From Bryobacterales bacterium (GTDB lineage Bacteria > Acidobacteriota > Terriglobia > Bryobacterales > UBA6623): DNA of 64,000 nucleotides. The translations under genes were made by a program, and so were the position numbers. Location: positions 2,924 through 66,923 of the forward strand of contig JAJEHF010000215.1 of assembly GCA_022823865.1 (NCBI GenBank), given 5' to 3'. The stretch's first letter is position 1, and every line of letters begins with the position of its first letter. Below, one piece after another: positions 45,882-56,843 of the stretch. The notes under the pieces are model-generated. The model saw only the letters and a program-made list of their open reading frames with translations. It did no database searches and was not told the DNA's origin.

Positions 45882-48854
45882 TCACGCGCTGCCTTCAAGC
45901 GTTGCGAGAAACGTGATCAAGTCGATCAGCTCCTGCGTGGTCATCGCGCTGACAAGGTCATCCGGCATGATCGAGAGCTTGCCCTGACGCCGCTCCAAGA
46001 TGTCCGACGGCACAAGCTGGAACTCGTCCGCGGCTTCGTTGCGCAGCACGACGCGCTCCGGCGTGTCTTCGATCAGGATCCCCGTCAGCAGGCCATGGCT
46101 GGCCGTGTCCAAGATCCACGAGACATACTCGTGGGAAATTCCGGCACTCGGGTGCAGGATGGCATTGAGCATGCCCTCCTTGCCGTACTTCGACGCGATC
46201 GCTGCCAAGCTCGGTCCAACGATCTCCTCCCCTACGGACAGCGAGTGACATTTGGCGCAATTGGCCCCGTCCCTGCGATGGTAAACCTCACGGCCACGCT
46301 CCGCGCTACCCACCCCTTCCACGATTTCGCGCACTCGGACCACCGGACGCTCATTGCTGCTCTTGGGAGCTGGAAGGACCCTCGCGGCTCGTTCACGAAC
46401 TTCGGGATCACGGGATGTATTAACCACGCTGGTCGCCACGGCGCGCATTTCGCCGGGCAATTCGAAGGACTCCTCCATGTCCAGCAGCAGTTTCGCGCCA
46501 TCTCCGCGGCGCCCGAGAACGCGGACCGCCTCGCTGCGGACTTGATTGGGCGCAGTAGATAGGATCAGGTCACGCAGTGTTTGATCGAGGCCTTCAGCCG
46601 ACGCGGCCCACAGCCCTTCGATGGCGGCGATGCGCAGGGCGTCGGGCCCTTCGGACAACTGCTGCGAGAGCATGGCTTCGGCGGCACTGCCGCCGATGGC
46701 GCCGAGCGTCTTGATCGCAACCACACGGTCGGCTTCCTCAGCTGCGCCGTCCGCTGCCAAGCGTCGCAACTGGGGGGCCAGCGAGGGATTGGCGAGCAGC
46801 GCCGAGAGCTCGAGCGCGGCCGAGCGGGTCTCGGAATTAGCCAGAGCCCTTCCGACCGCAGTGACCAGATACGGCTCCGCTCGTTGATCGCTCCATTCGC
46901 TGAAGACCTGCTTGGATAGCAGATACAGGGCGCGGTTGCGAACCTCGCCACTCTCTGCCGGGTCGCCGGCCATGCCCGCGACCGTTCGGGCCACCCCTGC
47001 GCTCGGCTGCCAGCCGAGAGCATCCAGGGCCTTGAGGCGGTCCTCCACGGGCCGCGACCGGTCCCGAGCGATCCCGGTGAGGTAGGTGCGAGAGGCCGGG
47101 GCCTGAAGCACCCAGTACAAGTCGCCCAGCTTGGAGCTCCACGCAGGATGCTTGCGGCGCAGCGCTCTAAACAACCCATCCTCGGCACCATCCGCAGCAA
47201 TCCCCAGCGCGCCGAGATACCAGCGGTCAGCACCTTCATATCCGTCCGCAAGGCTTAGCCAAACTTCCTCTCTTTGGGCGGTGTCGAACCCTCGCAGCAT
47301 CAGTGCCGCTTCGCGGCGTACCTGAGCATCCGAGTCTATCGCCAGCTGCGCTACACGCTGATAGTGGTCAAGTTCGTGGTGTCTCGAGACGCGCAGTCCG
47401 AGTATGCGGAAGCGCGGATCGTCCGCCTCCAACGCATCCTCCAACGCGCCCCGACCTGCCTCGCCGAGCGGAGCCAGCAGCCACAGGGCCCTTGCTCGCA
47501 TGGTGTCGGAACCGCTCTGCCAAGCTTCCAAGAGCAGTTCGCGGCGCTCGTCTTCGCCGCGCAGCAGCAACTCCTGGTAGGCACGGTAGCGAGTGGCCTG
47601 GTTAGGCGAGCCGAAGGCGGCCAAGAGTCCGGCACCGCTCTCAAGATCCAATTCCGGGACCGAGCCGCGGTGGCCGATCGGAGCAATCCGGAAGATCCTG
47701 CCGCGCTCGACATCAAACATGGCGTGCCCGCCCACGACCGGGTCTTGCCAGTCCGCCACGAAGACCGAGCCGTCGGGAGCGACCGCGATGTCGCTGGGCC
47801 GGAAGATCGGATCGGTGCTCGTTACCGTGTTCTCCGCCTCCATCTCGTAGCCGGCGCCAGCGGGGCGCACGAAGAACGTCTGGATCAGGCGCTTGCCCGG
47901 CTCGGCATGCAGCAATTGGTTGCGGTACTTGGCGGGCAGCAGTTCGCCCTCGTACAGCACCAGCCCCGTCGGCGAGCCCGGTCCGGTGCGGGCCACGTAC
48001 GGCAGTGTGCCGGGCCGCTCTTCGTGAAAGTGCGTGCCCCGGTCCTCCCGCCAGCGCCTGCCCCCGGGACCCCAGTAGCCGAAGTTGGCCCCTTCCATCA
48101 CGTACAGCAGGCGGGTCCACTGGTTGCCGTCGTCATCGTTGTCGGTTTGCCAGATCGAGCCGAAGGAGTCCAGCGCGACTTCGTAGGGATTGCGGGCATT
48201 GTGGGCGAGAACGCGAAAATCGCTGCCGTCGGGCCGCACCGTCTGCACCGTGGCGGCGTAATAGGGTCCCTCGCGGCTGCTGCGGAACGACTTGCCCGAG
48301 CGATCCGTGGTCTGGAAGCCCTGATCACCGGAATTGAAGTAGTAGCGGCCGTCATGCCCGAACATCACGACGTGCAGGCCGTGGTCGTGATCCACTCCGC
48401 TCCAGCCGCTGAGCAGCGTCTCCTTCGAGACGATCCTGTCGTCCTCGTCCTTGGTGTAGACGAACAGATCCGGTGACTGGGAAACAATGACCTTGTTGCC
48501 GAGCACGGAAATGCCCAGCGGGGCAAGCATGTCGGCATGCTGGTCGAAGACCTTGCGGGAATCGGCCTGTCCGTCGCCGTCAGTGTCCGCTAGGATCACT
48601 ATGCGGTCGCCGCTCTCGTCGTTCTTGGGCCGGCTCCTGAGATCGCTGCGGTAGTTGACTGACTCGATGAACCACACGCGCCCGCGCTCGTCGATATCAA
48701 AGTTGGTCGGGTTCACCAGCAGCGGCTCACTGGCCCAGAGCGTCATCTCCAGTCCCGGCGCGACCTCGAATTCTTCACCGACAGTTGGCGAGGAAACGCT
48801 ACAGGCGGTCAGAGCTAGGACCGCCGCCACGGCGATACAACGGAAAACGGTCAT
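45882..48854 (-). CDS. 'Membrane-bound dehydrogenase domain' / HEAT-repeat / c-type heme-binding protein
   Basis: Start moved to MTVFRCIAVAAVLALTAC (lipoprotein-like signal). N-terminal beta-propeller-like domain, a long HEAT-like middle and a C-terminal CAKCH heme motif. This architecture is common in Planctomycetes, Verrucomicrobia and Acidobacteria. Confidence 0.75.
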   Translation of the reverse strand: MTVFRCIAVAAVLALTACSVSSPTVGEEFEVAPGLEMTLWASEPLLVNPTNFDIDERGRVWFIESVNYRSDLRSRPKNDESGDRIVILADTDGDGQADSRKVFDQHADMLAPLGISVLGNKVIVSQSPDLFVYTKDEDDRIVSKETLLSGWSGVDHDHGLHVVMFGHDGRYYFNSGDQGFQTTDRSGKSFRSSREGPYYAATVQTVRPDGSDFRVLAHNARNPYEVALDSFGSIWQTDNDDDGNQWTRLLYVMEGANFGYWGPGGRRWREDRGTHFHEERPGTLPYVARTGPGSPTGLVLYEGELLPAKYRNQLLHAEPGKRLIQTFFVRPAGAGYEMEAENTVTSTDPIFRPSDIAVAPDGSVFVADWQDPVVGGHAMFDVERGRIFRIAPIGHRGSVPELDLESGAGLLAAFGSPNQATRYRAYQELLLRGEDERRELLLEAWQSGSDTMRARALWLLAPLGEAGRGALEDALEADDPRFRILGLRVSRHHELDHYQRVAQLAIDSDAQVRREAALMLRGFDTAQREEVWLSLADGYEGADRWYLGALGIAADGAEDGLFRALRRKHPAWSSKLGDLYWVLQAPASRTYLTGIARDRSRPVEDRLKALDALGWQPSAGVARTVAGMAGDPAESGEVRNRALYLLSKQVFSEWSDQRAEPYLVTAVGRALANSETRSAALELSALLANPSLAPQLRRLAADGAAEEADRVVAIKTLGAIGGSAAEAMLSQQLSEGPDALRIAAIEGLWAASAEGLDQTLRDLILSTAPNQVRSEAVRVLGRRGDGAKLLLDMEESFELPGEMRAVATSVVNTSRDPEVRERAARVLPAPKSSNERPVVRVREIVEGVGSAERGREVYHRRDGANCAKCHSLSVGEEIVGPSLAAIASKYGKEGMLNAILHPSAGISHEYVSWILDTASHGLLTGILIEDTPERVVLRNEAADEFQLVPSDILERRQGKLSIMPDDLVSAMTTQELIDLITFLATLEGSA

Positions 48855-49369
48855 TGGTTCGATTCTACCGAGCGCCCAGGTCGTCCCCGCGTTGGCTAGG
48901 GAGAATTGAAGATTCTGAGCGTGTGCACGTGGCACCAAAGTCAGATCTGAGCGTCGCTTGTCTGTTCGTATCGAGACCCTGGCCAACCGTCCGAAGACCA
49001 AAACGAGGCCTCTGGGTGACGCCTGCAAAGGGAGCTTCAAGGCGTGATCGGTGCCATCGAGTATTGCCGGAAGATGTGACCTTCGTCCGTCGCAGGTGGG
49101 GCAGACCGTCGCTGCGGGGGCCAAGGAGGCCACCGCTCGTCGGCTAGAAGAGGCACCGCGTTCCTGCGCGACCTCAATGACACCAGCCGACGTCGGAGAG
49201 CATTTGCGCACAATGGAAAATAGGCATCGATACTGGGACCGGTCGAGGCCCGAGTCCCAGACGCTGTTCTTTCCGCGGCCACCGCGCGGCTCGCTGTGGT
49301 GACGCGGTGGACCGGTGGGTTTCGCGATATAGGCGTCAAGGCCGTGATTCCCGGGACCGCTGGGCTGCT

Positions 49370-52300
49370 ATGAGAATCATTTCCAACACCGGCACTGATC
49401 GCGTGGTCGATATCGTCCGGCCCAAGCTTCTGGCCGGTAATCGACTCGACCTCGCTTCCCAAACGCTATCGCTCTTTGCCTTTGGCGAGCTTGCCGGAAA
49501 TCTGGCTCGCTTAGCGGGCGCACGACTCATCCTGCCAACCGACGATACTGAGATCGATCTTCTGGGATCGAATGCGGACCGGTCCGCCCGCAATCGTCTG
49601 CAGGGGCGCTGGCTGGCCAGCCGTTGTGCGGCTTGGATCGAGAAAGCGGTCGACGTGCGCAAAGCAAACGGATCGATACCTCAGGGGGCCATCGTGCTGC
49701 GTGACGGCGATGGCCGTGCTGGGCAGGCCCTGCTCGGCTCGTTTTCATTCAGCACCGACGGGCTCGGCCTTGCACCGGGAAACTCGCTCAATCTGATTCA
49801 GGCTTCTGAGACGCCCGGAGAATGTGATCGGCTGGGCCTATGGTTCGATGCGCAATGGTCTGAGATGAGAGAAGAGACCGCCGCAAAGCAGGATCTCGTG
49901 GCGGCTCTGCGCTGTCTTGCTGCGCACCGCGCCCCATCCAGCATCTACGCGCTGATCCTGCACCACTTGTTCCGAACGGAGGGCGGCGAACTCGATGAAG
50001 AGCGAGTCGTAAAGTCGGCGACCGGGATTCGCGACACGGAAGTCTGGAAGAGACTGTTCAAGTTCCAGCGTGACGGGGTAGTTGGGGCCATCGACAAACT
50101 AGAGCAGTTCGGAGGCTGCATCATCGCTGACAGCGTAGGACTTGGCAAGACCTTCGAGGCGCTCGCGATCATCAAATACCACGAGCTCCGCAACGACCGC
50201 GTGCTTGTGCTCTGCCCGAAGCGGCTACGCGACAACTGGACGCTCTATCGCGCTAATGATCGACGCAACTTCCTGGCGGGCGACCGCTTCAATTACGACA
50301 TTCTGAATCACACCGACCTGTCTCGCGATGGCGGCTTGTCGGGCGATATTGACCTTTCCCATGTCAATTGGGGCAACTACGATCTCGTCGTAATTGATGA
50401 GTCGCACAACTTCCGCAATAAGCGTTCGCCACGTCAGGGCGGAGAGACACGGTACGACCGCCTCATGCACCGGATCGTCCGCGATGGCGTGAAGACTAGG
50501 GTCCTCATGCTCACCGCCACGCCCGTGAACAACCGTTTGGCCGACCTACGCAACCAGATCGCTTTCGCTACCGAGGGCAACGACACAGCGCTCGCGGATC
50601 ATGGTGTGTCCAGCATTGACGGCACGACGCAGCGTGCGCAGAAGCAGTTCAACCGCTGGCTCGAACTGGACGAAACCGAGCGTACGCCGACCCGGCTCGT
50701 CGACATGCTGGGGTTTGATTACTTCGCGTTGCTGGACCGTCTCACAATCGCCCGATCTCGCCGACATCTCAAGAAGTACTATGGCTACAGCGAGAGCGGG
50801 CGCTTCCCGGAGCGCCTCAAGCCGATCAACGTAAAACCGGATGTTGATCTCCGAGGAGAGTTCCCCTCGATCCGTGAGATCAATGCGGAGATCCGCCGCC
50901 TGAACCTCGCTGCCTACGCACCGCTCCGCTATATCCTGCCGCACAAGCGAGAGGCATACGACGAGAAATACAGCACCCGACTGCGCCGTGGAGGCGGTAC
51001 CTTCCGGCAACTGGACCGCGAGGAGAGCCTCGTCCAACTTCTCCGCGTGAACGCGCTCAAGCGAATGGAGAGTTCAGTCGCTTCGTTTACCTTGACGGTG
51101 CAGCGCCAGCTTGCCGATGTCGAAGCACTCTTGGCGCGTATCGAGGACCAAGCCGAAGAACTCGAGGAACTCGACATCGCGGACATAGATGTCGAGGACC
51201 CTGAGTTTGAGAGCCTCCTTGTAGGTCGTAAGGTCAAGGTTCTGCTTCAGGACGTTGATCTAGTCCGATGGCGGCAAGACTTGGTCGAGGACCGCAACCG
51301 GCTGGAGACGCTTCGTGCTGTGGCCGCACAAGTGACCTCCGACCGCGATGCCAAGCTCATTGAACTACGCGCAACAATCGAGCGAAAATGCCGCGACCCG
51401 ATCAACATCGGCAATCGCAAAGTCATTGTGTTCACTGCATTTGCCGACACCGCCCGTTATCTCTACGACGCGCTGGCACCCTGGGCACATGACCACTTGG
51501 GGGTTCAAGCCGCACTGGTTACCGGCGCGGGCCAAAATCAGGCAACCTTGTCTGGTCTTCGGCGTGATCTCGCATCCATCCTGACCGCCTTCGCGCCACG
51601 GACCAAGGAACGTCCGGATGACCTGGCGGCCGAAGGCGAGATTGATCTCTTGATCGCAACCGACTGCATCTCCGAAGGGCAGAACCTCCAAGACTGCGAC
51701 TGGCTCATCAACTACGATATCCACTGGAACCCGGTACGCATTATTCAGCGATTCGGCCGTATCGACCGCATTGGGTCACCCAACGATCACATTCAGCTCG
51801 TCAACTTCTGGCCCAACATGGAGCTTGAAGAATATCTCCGCTTGGAACAGCGCGTGAGTGGCCGCATGGTGCTTCTCGATATTTCGGCGACCGGCGAGGA
51901 GAACCTGATCGAGCAGCAGGCAGGCGACCCAATGAACGATCTGGTCTACCGACGCAAGCAACTCCTGAAGCTCCAAGATGCGGTGATAGATCTGGAGGAC
52001 TTGTCGTCGGGGGTCTCCATCGCCGATTTAACGCTGACCGATTTCCGGATCGATCTGGCGCACTATCGCAGGACCGATCCCGACGCATTGGACTCGGCTC
52101 CTCACGGTATGCATGCGGTCACCGTCACAGCTGATGAGGATATCCCGCCAGGAGCAATATTCTGCCTACGCGCAGAAGGAAGCGCAGCAGAGCATCACTT
52201 CCAGTCGAATTACCCTCTAGCGCCGCACTATCTGGTTCATGTCGGCCAGGACGGATCCGTGCTCTTGCCGTTCACTAGGGCCAAGGCGGTTCTCGACCGC

Positions 52301-52567
52301 CTGAAGGGGCTATGTGTGGGCAAGGACATGCCCGATCCGAGTGCCTGCGCTCGATTCGATGCCGCCACCCAGCAAGGCAAGGATATGCGGGCCGCGCAGC
52401 GGTCGCTGGCCGCCGCGGTTACCTCTATTGTTGGAACGGGCGAGGAACGCGCGATCGCCAGCCTGTTCTCTCCGGGAGGGACGCACGCGATCGCCGGCGA
52501 GTTCGCTGGAATGGACGATTTCGAGGTGGTGGCGTTTCTCATCGTGCTACCGGAGGACTTAGCTTGA
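49370..52567 (+). CDS. SNF2-family helicase with an extra ~180-aa N-terminal domain (PLD-like?)
   Basis: Start at MRIISNTG (49370). SNF2 motifs ADSVGLGKT, VVIDESHNFRNK and QRFGRIDRIGS. First gene of the defence operon. Confidence 0.85.
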   Translation: MRIISNTGTDRVVDIVRPKLLAGNRLDLASQTLSLFAFGELAGNLARLAGARLILPTDDTEIDLLGSNADRSARNRLQGRWLASRCAAWIEKAVDVRKANGSIPQGAIVLRDGDGRAGQALLGSFSFSTDGLGLAPGNSLNLIQASETPGECDRLGLWFDAQWSEMREETAAKQDLVAALRCLAAHRAPSSIYALILHHLFRTEGGELDEERVVKSATGIRDTEVWKRLFKFQRDGVVGAIDKLEQFGGCIIADSVGLGKTFEALAIIKYHELRNDRVLVLCPKRLRDNWTLYRANDRRNFLAGDRFNYDILNHTDLSRDGGLSGDIDLSHVNWGNYDLVVIDESHNFRNKRSPRQGGETRYDRLMHRIVRDGVKTRVLMLTATPVNNRLADLRNQIAFATEGNDTALADHGVSSIDGTTQRAQKQFNRWLELDETERTPTRLVDMLGFDYFALLDRLTIARSRRHLKKYYGYSESGRFPERLKPINVKPDVDLRGEFPSIREINAEIRRLNLAAYAPLRYILPHKREAYDEKYSTRLRRGGGTFRQLDREESLVQLLRVNALKRMESSVASFTLTVQRQLADVEALLARIEDQAEELEELDIADIDVEDPEFESLLVGRKVKVLLQDVDLVRWRQDLVEDRNRLETLRAVAAQVTSDRDAKLIELRATIERKCRDPINIGNRKVIVFTAFADTARYLYDALAPWAHDHLGVQAALVTGAGQNQATLSGLRRDLASILTAFAPRTKERPDDLAAEGEIDLLIATDCISEGQNLQDCDWLINYDIHWNPVRIIQRFGRIDRIGSPNDHIQLVNFWPNMELEEYLRLEQRVSGRMVLLDISATGEENLIEQQAGDPMNDLVYRRKQLLKLQDAVIDLEDLSSGVSIADLTLTDFRIDLAHYRRTDPDALDSAPHGMHAVTVTADEDIPPGAIFCLRAEGSAAEHHFQSNYPLAPHYLVHVGQDGSVLLPFTRAKAVLDRLKGLCVGKDMPDPSACARFDAATQQGKDMRAAQRSLAAAVTSIVGTGEERAIASLFSPGGTHAIAGEFAGMDDFEVVAFLIVLPEDLA

Positions 52568-53322
52568 CATCGTTCGATCCCTTCGTGGCGCTCGCGATCC
52601 CCCCTGACGCGCTCGTCGACCGCCGCGTGCCCAAGACGCTGCTGATCGAAAATGGCGCGTTCGCTGCGGGAGACCGGCGGCACATCCAAGAGGGGATCGA
52701 GGAATTGAGGTGGCTTGCGGCACTCAAGCCGACGACGATCAGCATCACCGAATATCGTGATGCCGAGCGGGAGTATCTTGAGATTGCCGTTCTGAAGCTC
52801 AATCTACGTCCAGCCGCACGAGGTGATCGCCTCGTCGAACTGGTTCACCGCGCCGTCCCCTATCCGGTGTTGCTGATCGCTTGGCGGGACGGGACGCCCG
52901 AGATCTCGCTCGCCCACAAGCGTCGGTCTCTGGGTGAAGCGGACAAGACAGTGATCGATAGCGAAATCTTTGTGGCACGTGCCTGCGGCGACCAGGCAAA
53001 CGCGCTGGTCATGTCGTTCCGGGATGCTCTCTCCCTAGCACGACAGCCCCGGCACACACTCCACGCCTTGTATCAGGGCTGGATCGATACTGTCCAAGCG
53101 TTCCGGGCGGCAACGATCACCGGCGCATTTCGCCTTCCCGCCACGACCCCAGCGGCGGCCGACCGGGAAGCCGCTCTCCGGGAATACCGCGATCTCAATG
53201 CTAGGATCGCCAATATACGTTCCGCGGCCAGCAAGGAGAAACAGATGTCCCGCCGGGCCGACTTGAACATCGAACTTGCGCGCCTGCGCGCACAGCGCGA
53301 TTTTGCTCGTGCCAGACTGTGA
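52564..53322 (+). CDS. DUF4391-like protein
   Basis: The TTG start overlaps the SNF2 stop (TTGA at 52564-52567). The layout (...VPYPVLLIAW...ISLAHKR... and C-terminal KEKQMSRRADLNIELARLR) matches my memory of DUF4391 proteins that sit between SNF2 and methylase genes. Confidence 0.6.
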   Translation: MTSFDPFVALAIPPDALVDRRVPKTLLIENGAFAAGDRRHIQEGIEELRWLAALKPTTISITEYRDAEREYLEIAVLKLNLRPAARGDRLVELVHRAVPYPVLLIAWRDGTPEISLAHKRRSLGEADKTVIDSEIFVARACGDQANALVMSFRDALSLARQPRHTLHALYQGWIDTVQAFRAATITGAFRLPATTPAAADREAALREYRDLNARIANIRSAASKEKQMSRRADLNIELARLRAQRDFARARL

Positions 53323-53336
53323 AGGAGATTCGCGTC

Positions 53337-55325
53337 ATGGAGAAGATTATTGCCGGTGAACCGCAGGCCCGCTCGGCGGATATCATCGCCGACAATCTCG
53401 AAAGGCTGAAGGCCTTGTTTCCTGAGGCATTTACTGAAGGCAAGGTAGATTTTGCGGTGCTACGGCAGCCTCTCGGCGACAACGTGGACGAGAGTGATGA
53501 GAAATACGGCCTCAACTGGTACGGGAAACGCCGTGCACGGCAGCTAGCGCTCACACCCTCGCTTGGGACATTGCGCCCCTGTCCGGAGGAAAGCGTCGAT
53601 TGGGATATGACACAGAATCTGATGATCGAGGGCGATAATTTGGAGGTTCTAAAGCTCCTTCAGAAGAGTTATTCAGGTAAGGTCAAGCTTATCTATATCG
53701 ACCCTCCCTACAACACCGGTAAGGATTTCGTCTATTCGGACAATTATCGTGACAATCTACAAAACTACTTAGAGAGTACCGGGCAAACCGACAGCAGTAA
53801 CAGCGGTACGTTTTCATCAAACTCTGAGACCTCTGGAAGATTTCATACCTATTGGCTCAATATGATTCTACCGAGGCTGTACCTTGCTAGGTCACTGCTA
53901 CGGAAAGACGGAACAATCATGATCAGCATTGACGATACTGAAGTTGCTCATGTCCGACTAATTATGGACGACATTTTTGGCCCTGAGAACTTTATCGCCG
54001 AAATAGTCTGGGAGGGGGCCAACAAGAATGACGCACGGCAGATAGGCATTTGCCATGAGTACGTCATAGTATATGCCAAGAACCGTGAGAGCCTTCAGCG
54101 CGACTGGGGGTTGGACAAGGAGGGAGTGCAACCCGTACTCCAAGAAGTAAAACGCCTCAGAGGTTTACACGGCACCGATTACTGTGCGGCTTCTGAAGAT
54201 CTGGCAGGCTGGTTCCGAGCCAACAAAGCCAAACCAGCATTCGCAAATCGCCGGTTCAGAAATATTGATGCAAGGGGTGCGTACAAGGAGGATGATCCGA
54301 CCGCACCGGGGGGACGAAAATTCGAATTGCGGAATCCAAGGACTGGACAAGTTATTCCTCTCAGACAAAATCGAGGGTGGAGCTTTGACCAAGAGAGATT
54401 CGATCGGTTAGTGGGAGATGGAAGAATCACATTCGTGACGGAGACGAGCGTAATGGTTCGTCGTTATTTGCACGAGACGGACAAGCTAACTCCTCCAAGT
54501 GTCTTCTATCAGCCAGCACGTTCTGCGTCGGAACGACTCAATCGCATGATGGGTGCGCAGATTTTTGACTACCCGAAGGATGAAAGCATTTTAGGAAAAT
54601 TCATACAAATGGCGACTGACGATGACCCAAACGCTATTGTGATGGATTTTTTTGCTGGATCCGGTACGACAGGGCATGCTGCATTGGAACGAAATTCGTT
54701 AGATAATGGCAATCGTCGCTACGTCCTTGTTCAGCTTCCTGAACCACTTGACTCAAAGAAGAGCCACCAGAGAGCCGCTACCGATTACTGTGACGAACTC
54801 CGTAGACCACGCAGTATCGCCGAACTCACGAAGGAGCGTCTGCGCCGCGCGGCGCAGAAAATCAAGGATGAGAATCCCGAGTACACCGGCGATCTCGGCT
54901 TCCGCGTCTTCAAACTCGATACATCCAACATCCGTGCGTGGAATTCGAAGCCAGACAATCTGGAAGGCGCACTGCGTGCGGCTCTCAACCATGTCGAATC
55001 GGGCCGCACCGAAGAGGACATTCTCTATGAGCTGCTTCTAAAGCTCGGTCTCGATCTCTGCGTTCCCATCGAGACCCGGACGATTGCCGCTAGGGCCGTG
55101 CATGCGGTTGGTGCCGGAAGCCTGATTGCCTGCCTCGACGAGGCGATCTCCAGCGACGAGGTTGAGCCGCTAGGGGCTGGCATCGCTGACTGGCATGACA
55201 TCCTCGATCCCGCTGGCGAATCCACTGTTGTCTTTCGTGACAGCGCGTTCGGCGATGACGTCGCCAAAACGAACCTCACCGCAATCCTTGAGCAACGCGG
55301 TCTCGGAAATGTCCGAAGCTTGTGA
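53337..55325 (+). CDS. Site-specific DNA methyltransferase, beta-class N6-adenine (type III Mod-like)
   Basis: Motif IV IYIDPPYNTG precedes motif I DFFAGSGTTGHAA. AAGGAG RBS 9 nt upstream of the ATG. This is the AT-richest part of the operon by eye. Confidence 0.9.
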   Translation: MEKIIAGEPQARSADIIADNLERLKALFPEAFTEGKVDFAVLRQPLGDNVDESDEKYGLNWYGKRRARQLALTPSLGTLRPCPEESVDWDMTQNLMIEGDNLEVLKLLQKSYSGKVKLIYIDPPYNTGKDFVYSDNYRDNLQNYLESTGQTDSSNSGTFSSNSETSGRFHTYWLNMILPRLYLARSLLRKDGTIMISIDDTEVAHVRLIMDDIFGPENFIAEIVWEGANKNDARQIGICHEYVIVYAKNRESLQRDWGLDKEGVQPVLQEVKRLRGLHGTDYCAASEDLAGWFRANKAKPAFANRRFRNIDARGAYKEDDPTAPGGRKFELRNPRTGQVIPLRQNRGWSFDQERFDRLVGDGRITFVTETSVMVRRYLHETDKLTPPSVFYQPARSASERLNRMMGAQIFDYPKDESILGKFIQMATDDDPNAIVMDFFAGSGTTGHAALERNSLDNGNRRYVLVQLPEPLDSKKSHQRAATDYCDELRRPRSIAELTKERLRRAAQKIKDENPEYTGDLGFRVFKLDTSNIRAWNSKPDNLEGALRAALNHVESGRTEEDILYELLLKLGLDLCVPIETRTIAARAVHAVGAGSLIACLDEAISSDEVEPLGAGIADWHDILDPAGESTVVFRDSAFGDDVAKTNLTAILEQRGLGNVRSL

Positions 55326-55351
55326 AAGCAAGTAGAGCCCAATTGAGCATC

Positions 55352-56125
55352 ATGGCCCGCCGACACCACTACAGGAATCCTCCCATCGAGGAGGCACTCT
55401 GCGAGTTTCGCTTCGAGCCTGGGCGAGACTGGAATCTCACGATTCCAGGAAGGCTGCAAACGGTTCTTGGGGAGGCTTACTCCGGCAGGCCAAGAGAACA
55501 GAGGGCTATTGAAGTAGATCTAGGTCTGGGAAGTGCCCTGCCTTCCGGTTTGCAATTCCGGCAGGGGCTCGCCAAGGTTCAGTTGGTGACCGCAGATGGA
55601 AAGCGGTCAGTAGGCGTGGGGAAAGACTCGCTCAGTGTCCACATGTTGCGACCGTACCAGCGGCAAAGCGAGGAAAGCCAAGCTGGCTGGGACGAATTCA
55701 AGTTACGGATATCGGAAGCACTGGATGCCTACTGGAAGGTGGCTCGCCCCAAAGGTGTCAAGCGGGTCGGCGTCCGATACATCAATAAGCTCGTGGTCCC
55801 TAGTGGCAGCATCGAGCTTGAAGATTATCTTGCTTGTGGCCTTCCCCAAACTACAGCGCTGCCAGAGACCGCGAGCAGCTTCGTCAGTCGAGTGGAGTAC
55901 GCTTTCCCTGGTCCGGTGCGTCTGATCCTGACACTCGGCACTGTTCCGGCCTCACGGGAAGGCGTCCAAGAGTTGTTGGTGGATCTCGATGTCATCCGGG
56001 AGGATGCCGAGCCACTGGATCAACGTCAGGCAAGCAAGGTGGTTGAAGAGTTGCGGGCTAGGGAGCGCCAAGTGTTCGAATCTGTCATTACAGACAAGGC
56101 GAGGAGGCTGTTCGATGCGGATTGA
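55352..56125 (+). CDS. TIGR04255-like uncharacterised protein
   Basis: The N-terminus MARRHHYRNPPIEEALCEFRF matches the Y.n.PI.EA..E.RF start that I recall for the TIGR04255 family. ~257 aa. An alternative GTG at 55322 would overlap the methylase stop. Confidence 0.55.
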   Translation: MARRHHYRNPPIEEALCEFRFEPGRDWNLTIPGRLQTVLGEAYSGRPREQRAIEVDLGLGSALPSGLQFRQGLAKVQLVTADGKRSVGVGKDSLSVHMLRPYQRQSEESQAGWDEFKLRISEALDAYWKVARPKGVKRVGVRYINKLVVPSGSIELEDYLACGLPQTTALPETASSFVSRVEYAFPGPVRLILTLGTVPASREGVQELLVDLDVIREDAEPLDQRQASKVVEELRARERQVFESVITDKARRLFDAD

Positions 56126-56840
56126 ATCAAAGTCCATTGCTTCTGCCAGAACTTGGACGGCCGACCAGGCAACCTCGGCAACTCCGGATCGTTCACACCG
56201 TTCATCGAAGGATTCTCGGATCGTGGCACTAGGAAACGACTCGCTCGCGACGCTTCCCGATGCAGCGGTGTTGAGAATGGCTACGCTCGAAGCCAGACTC
56301 GCATCGTCCCTTCGATCGGATGCAATGAGCCATGCGGCGTGGTCGCCGCCGACCAGTGATTCCGGTGCTCTGCCGGAGATCCTGAGCTACCTGGCGAGCA
56401 CTGACGAACAACGTTGTGTGGAGCCTGTCGCTCATGCACAACTTGAGCGGCAATTGCAAAATGCCTTCGAACGCCAACCGTTTGAAGACGGAATCGATCA
56501 TGCCGCGGACGACATAATTCAAGAGGCATTGCAAACACCCTACCAGCACGTCGCGCTGGAGTGGCTACGGTCGTTCGCCCTAGACACAGAGAATCCTGTG
56601 TTTGCTGCCTCCACGCTGAGGTGCCTTGGGCGCGTAGAGAACTTGGGCACCCCTATATGGAGAACCGAGCTCGTGCGGGAGGGCCTGATGATGGAGGACC
56701 TTGAGATGCGGGATGCTGCGATTCAGACGGCGGAGAATTGGGGAGACAGGGAGATGGTCGAGGTTCTCCAAGCGCATACCGAATCGAACAGTTTGCTCCG
56801 CAGATATGTTGAAGATGTGATCAGCGATCTGAGCGAGTGA
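56115..56840 (+). CDS. Hypothetical protein with C-terminal HEAT/ARM-like repeats
   Basis: ATG at 56115 with a GAGGAGG RBS 7 nt upstream; overlaps the previous gene by 11 nt. The C-terminus ...MEDLEMRDAAIQTAENWGDREMVEVLQAH... is HEAT-like. Confidence 0.5.
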   Translation: MRIESKSIASARTWTADQATSATPDRSHRSSKDSRIVALGNDSLATLPDAAVLRMATLEARLASSLRSDAMSHAAWSPPTSDSGALPEILSYLASTDEQRCVEPVAHAQLERQLQNAFERQPFEDGIDHAADDIIQEALQTPYQHVALEWLRSFALDTENPVFAASTLRCLGRVENLGTPIWRTELVREGLMMEDLEMRDAAIQTAENWGDREMVEVLQAHTESNSLLRRYVEDVISDLSE

Positions 56841-56843
56841 TCG

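Noticed and set aside
48856-48865. GGTTCGATTC, a tRNA T-loop-like string near the left edge of the defence island (possible tRNA integration site).
   Set aside because: The flanking bases cannot form T-arm or acceptor stems. The string lies directly upstream of the start codon of the dehydrogenase gene, and no cloverleaf can be drawn.
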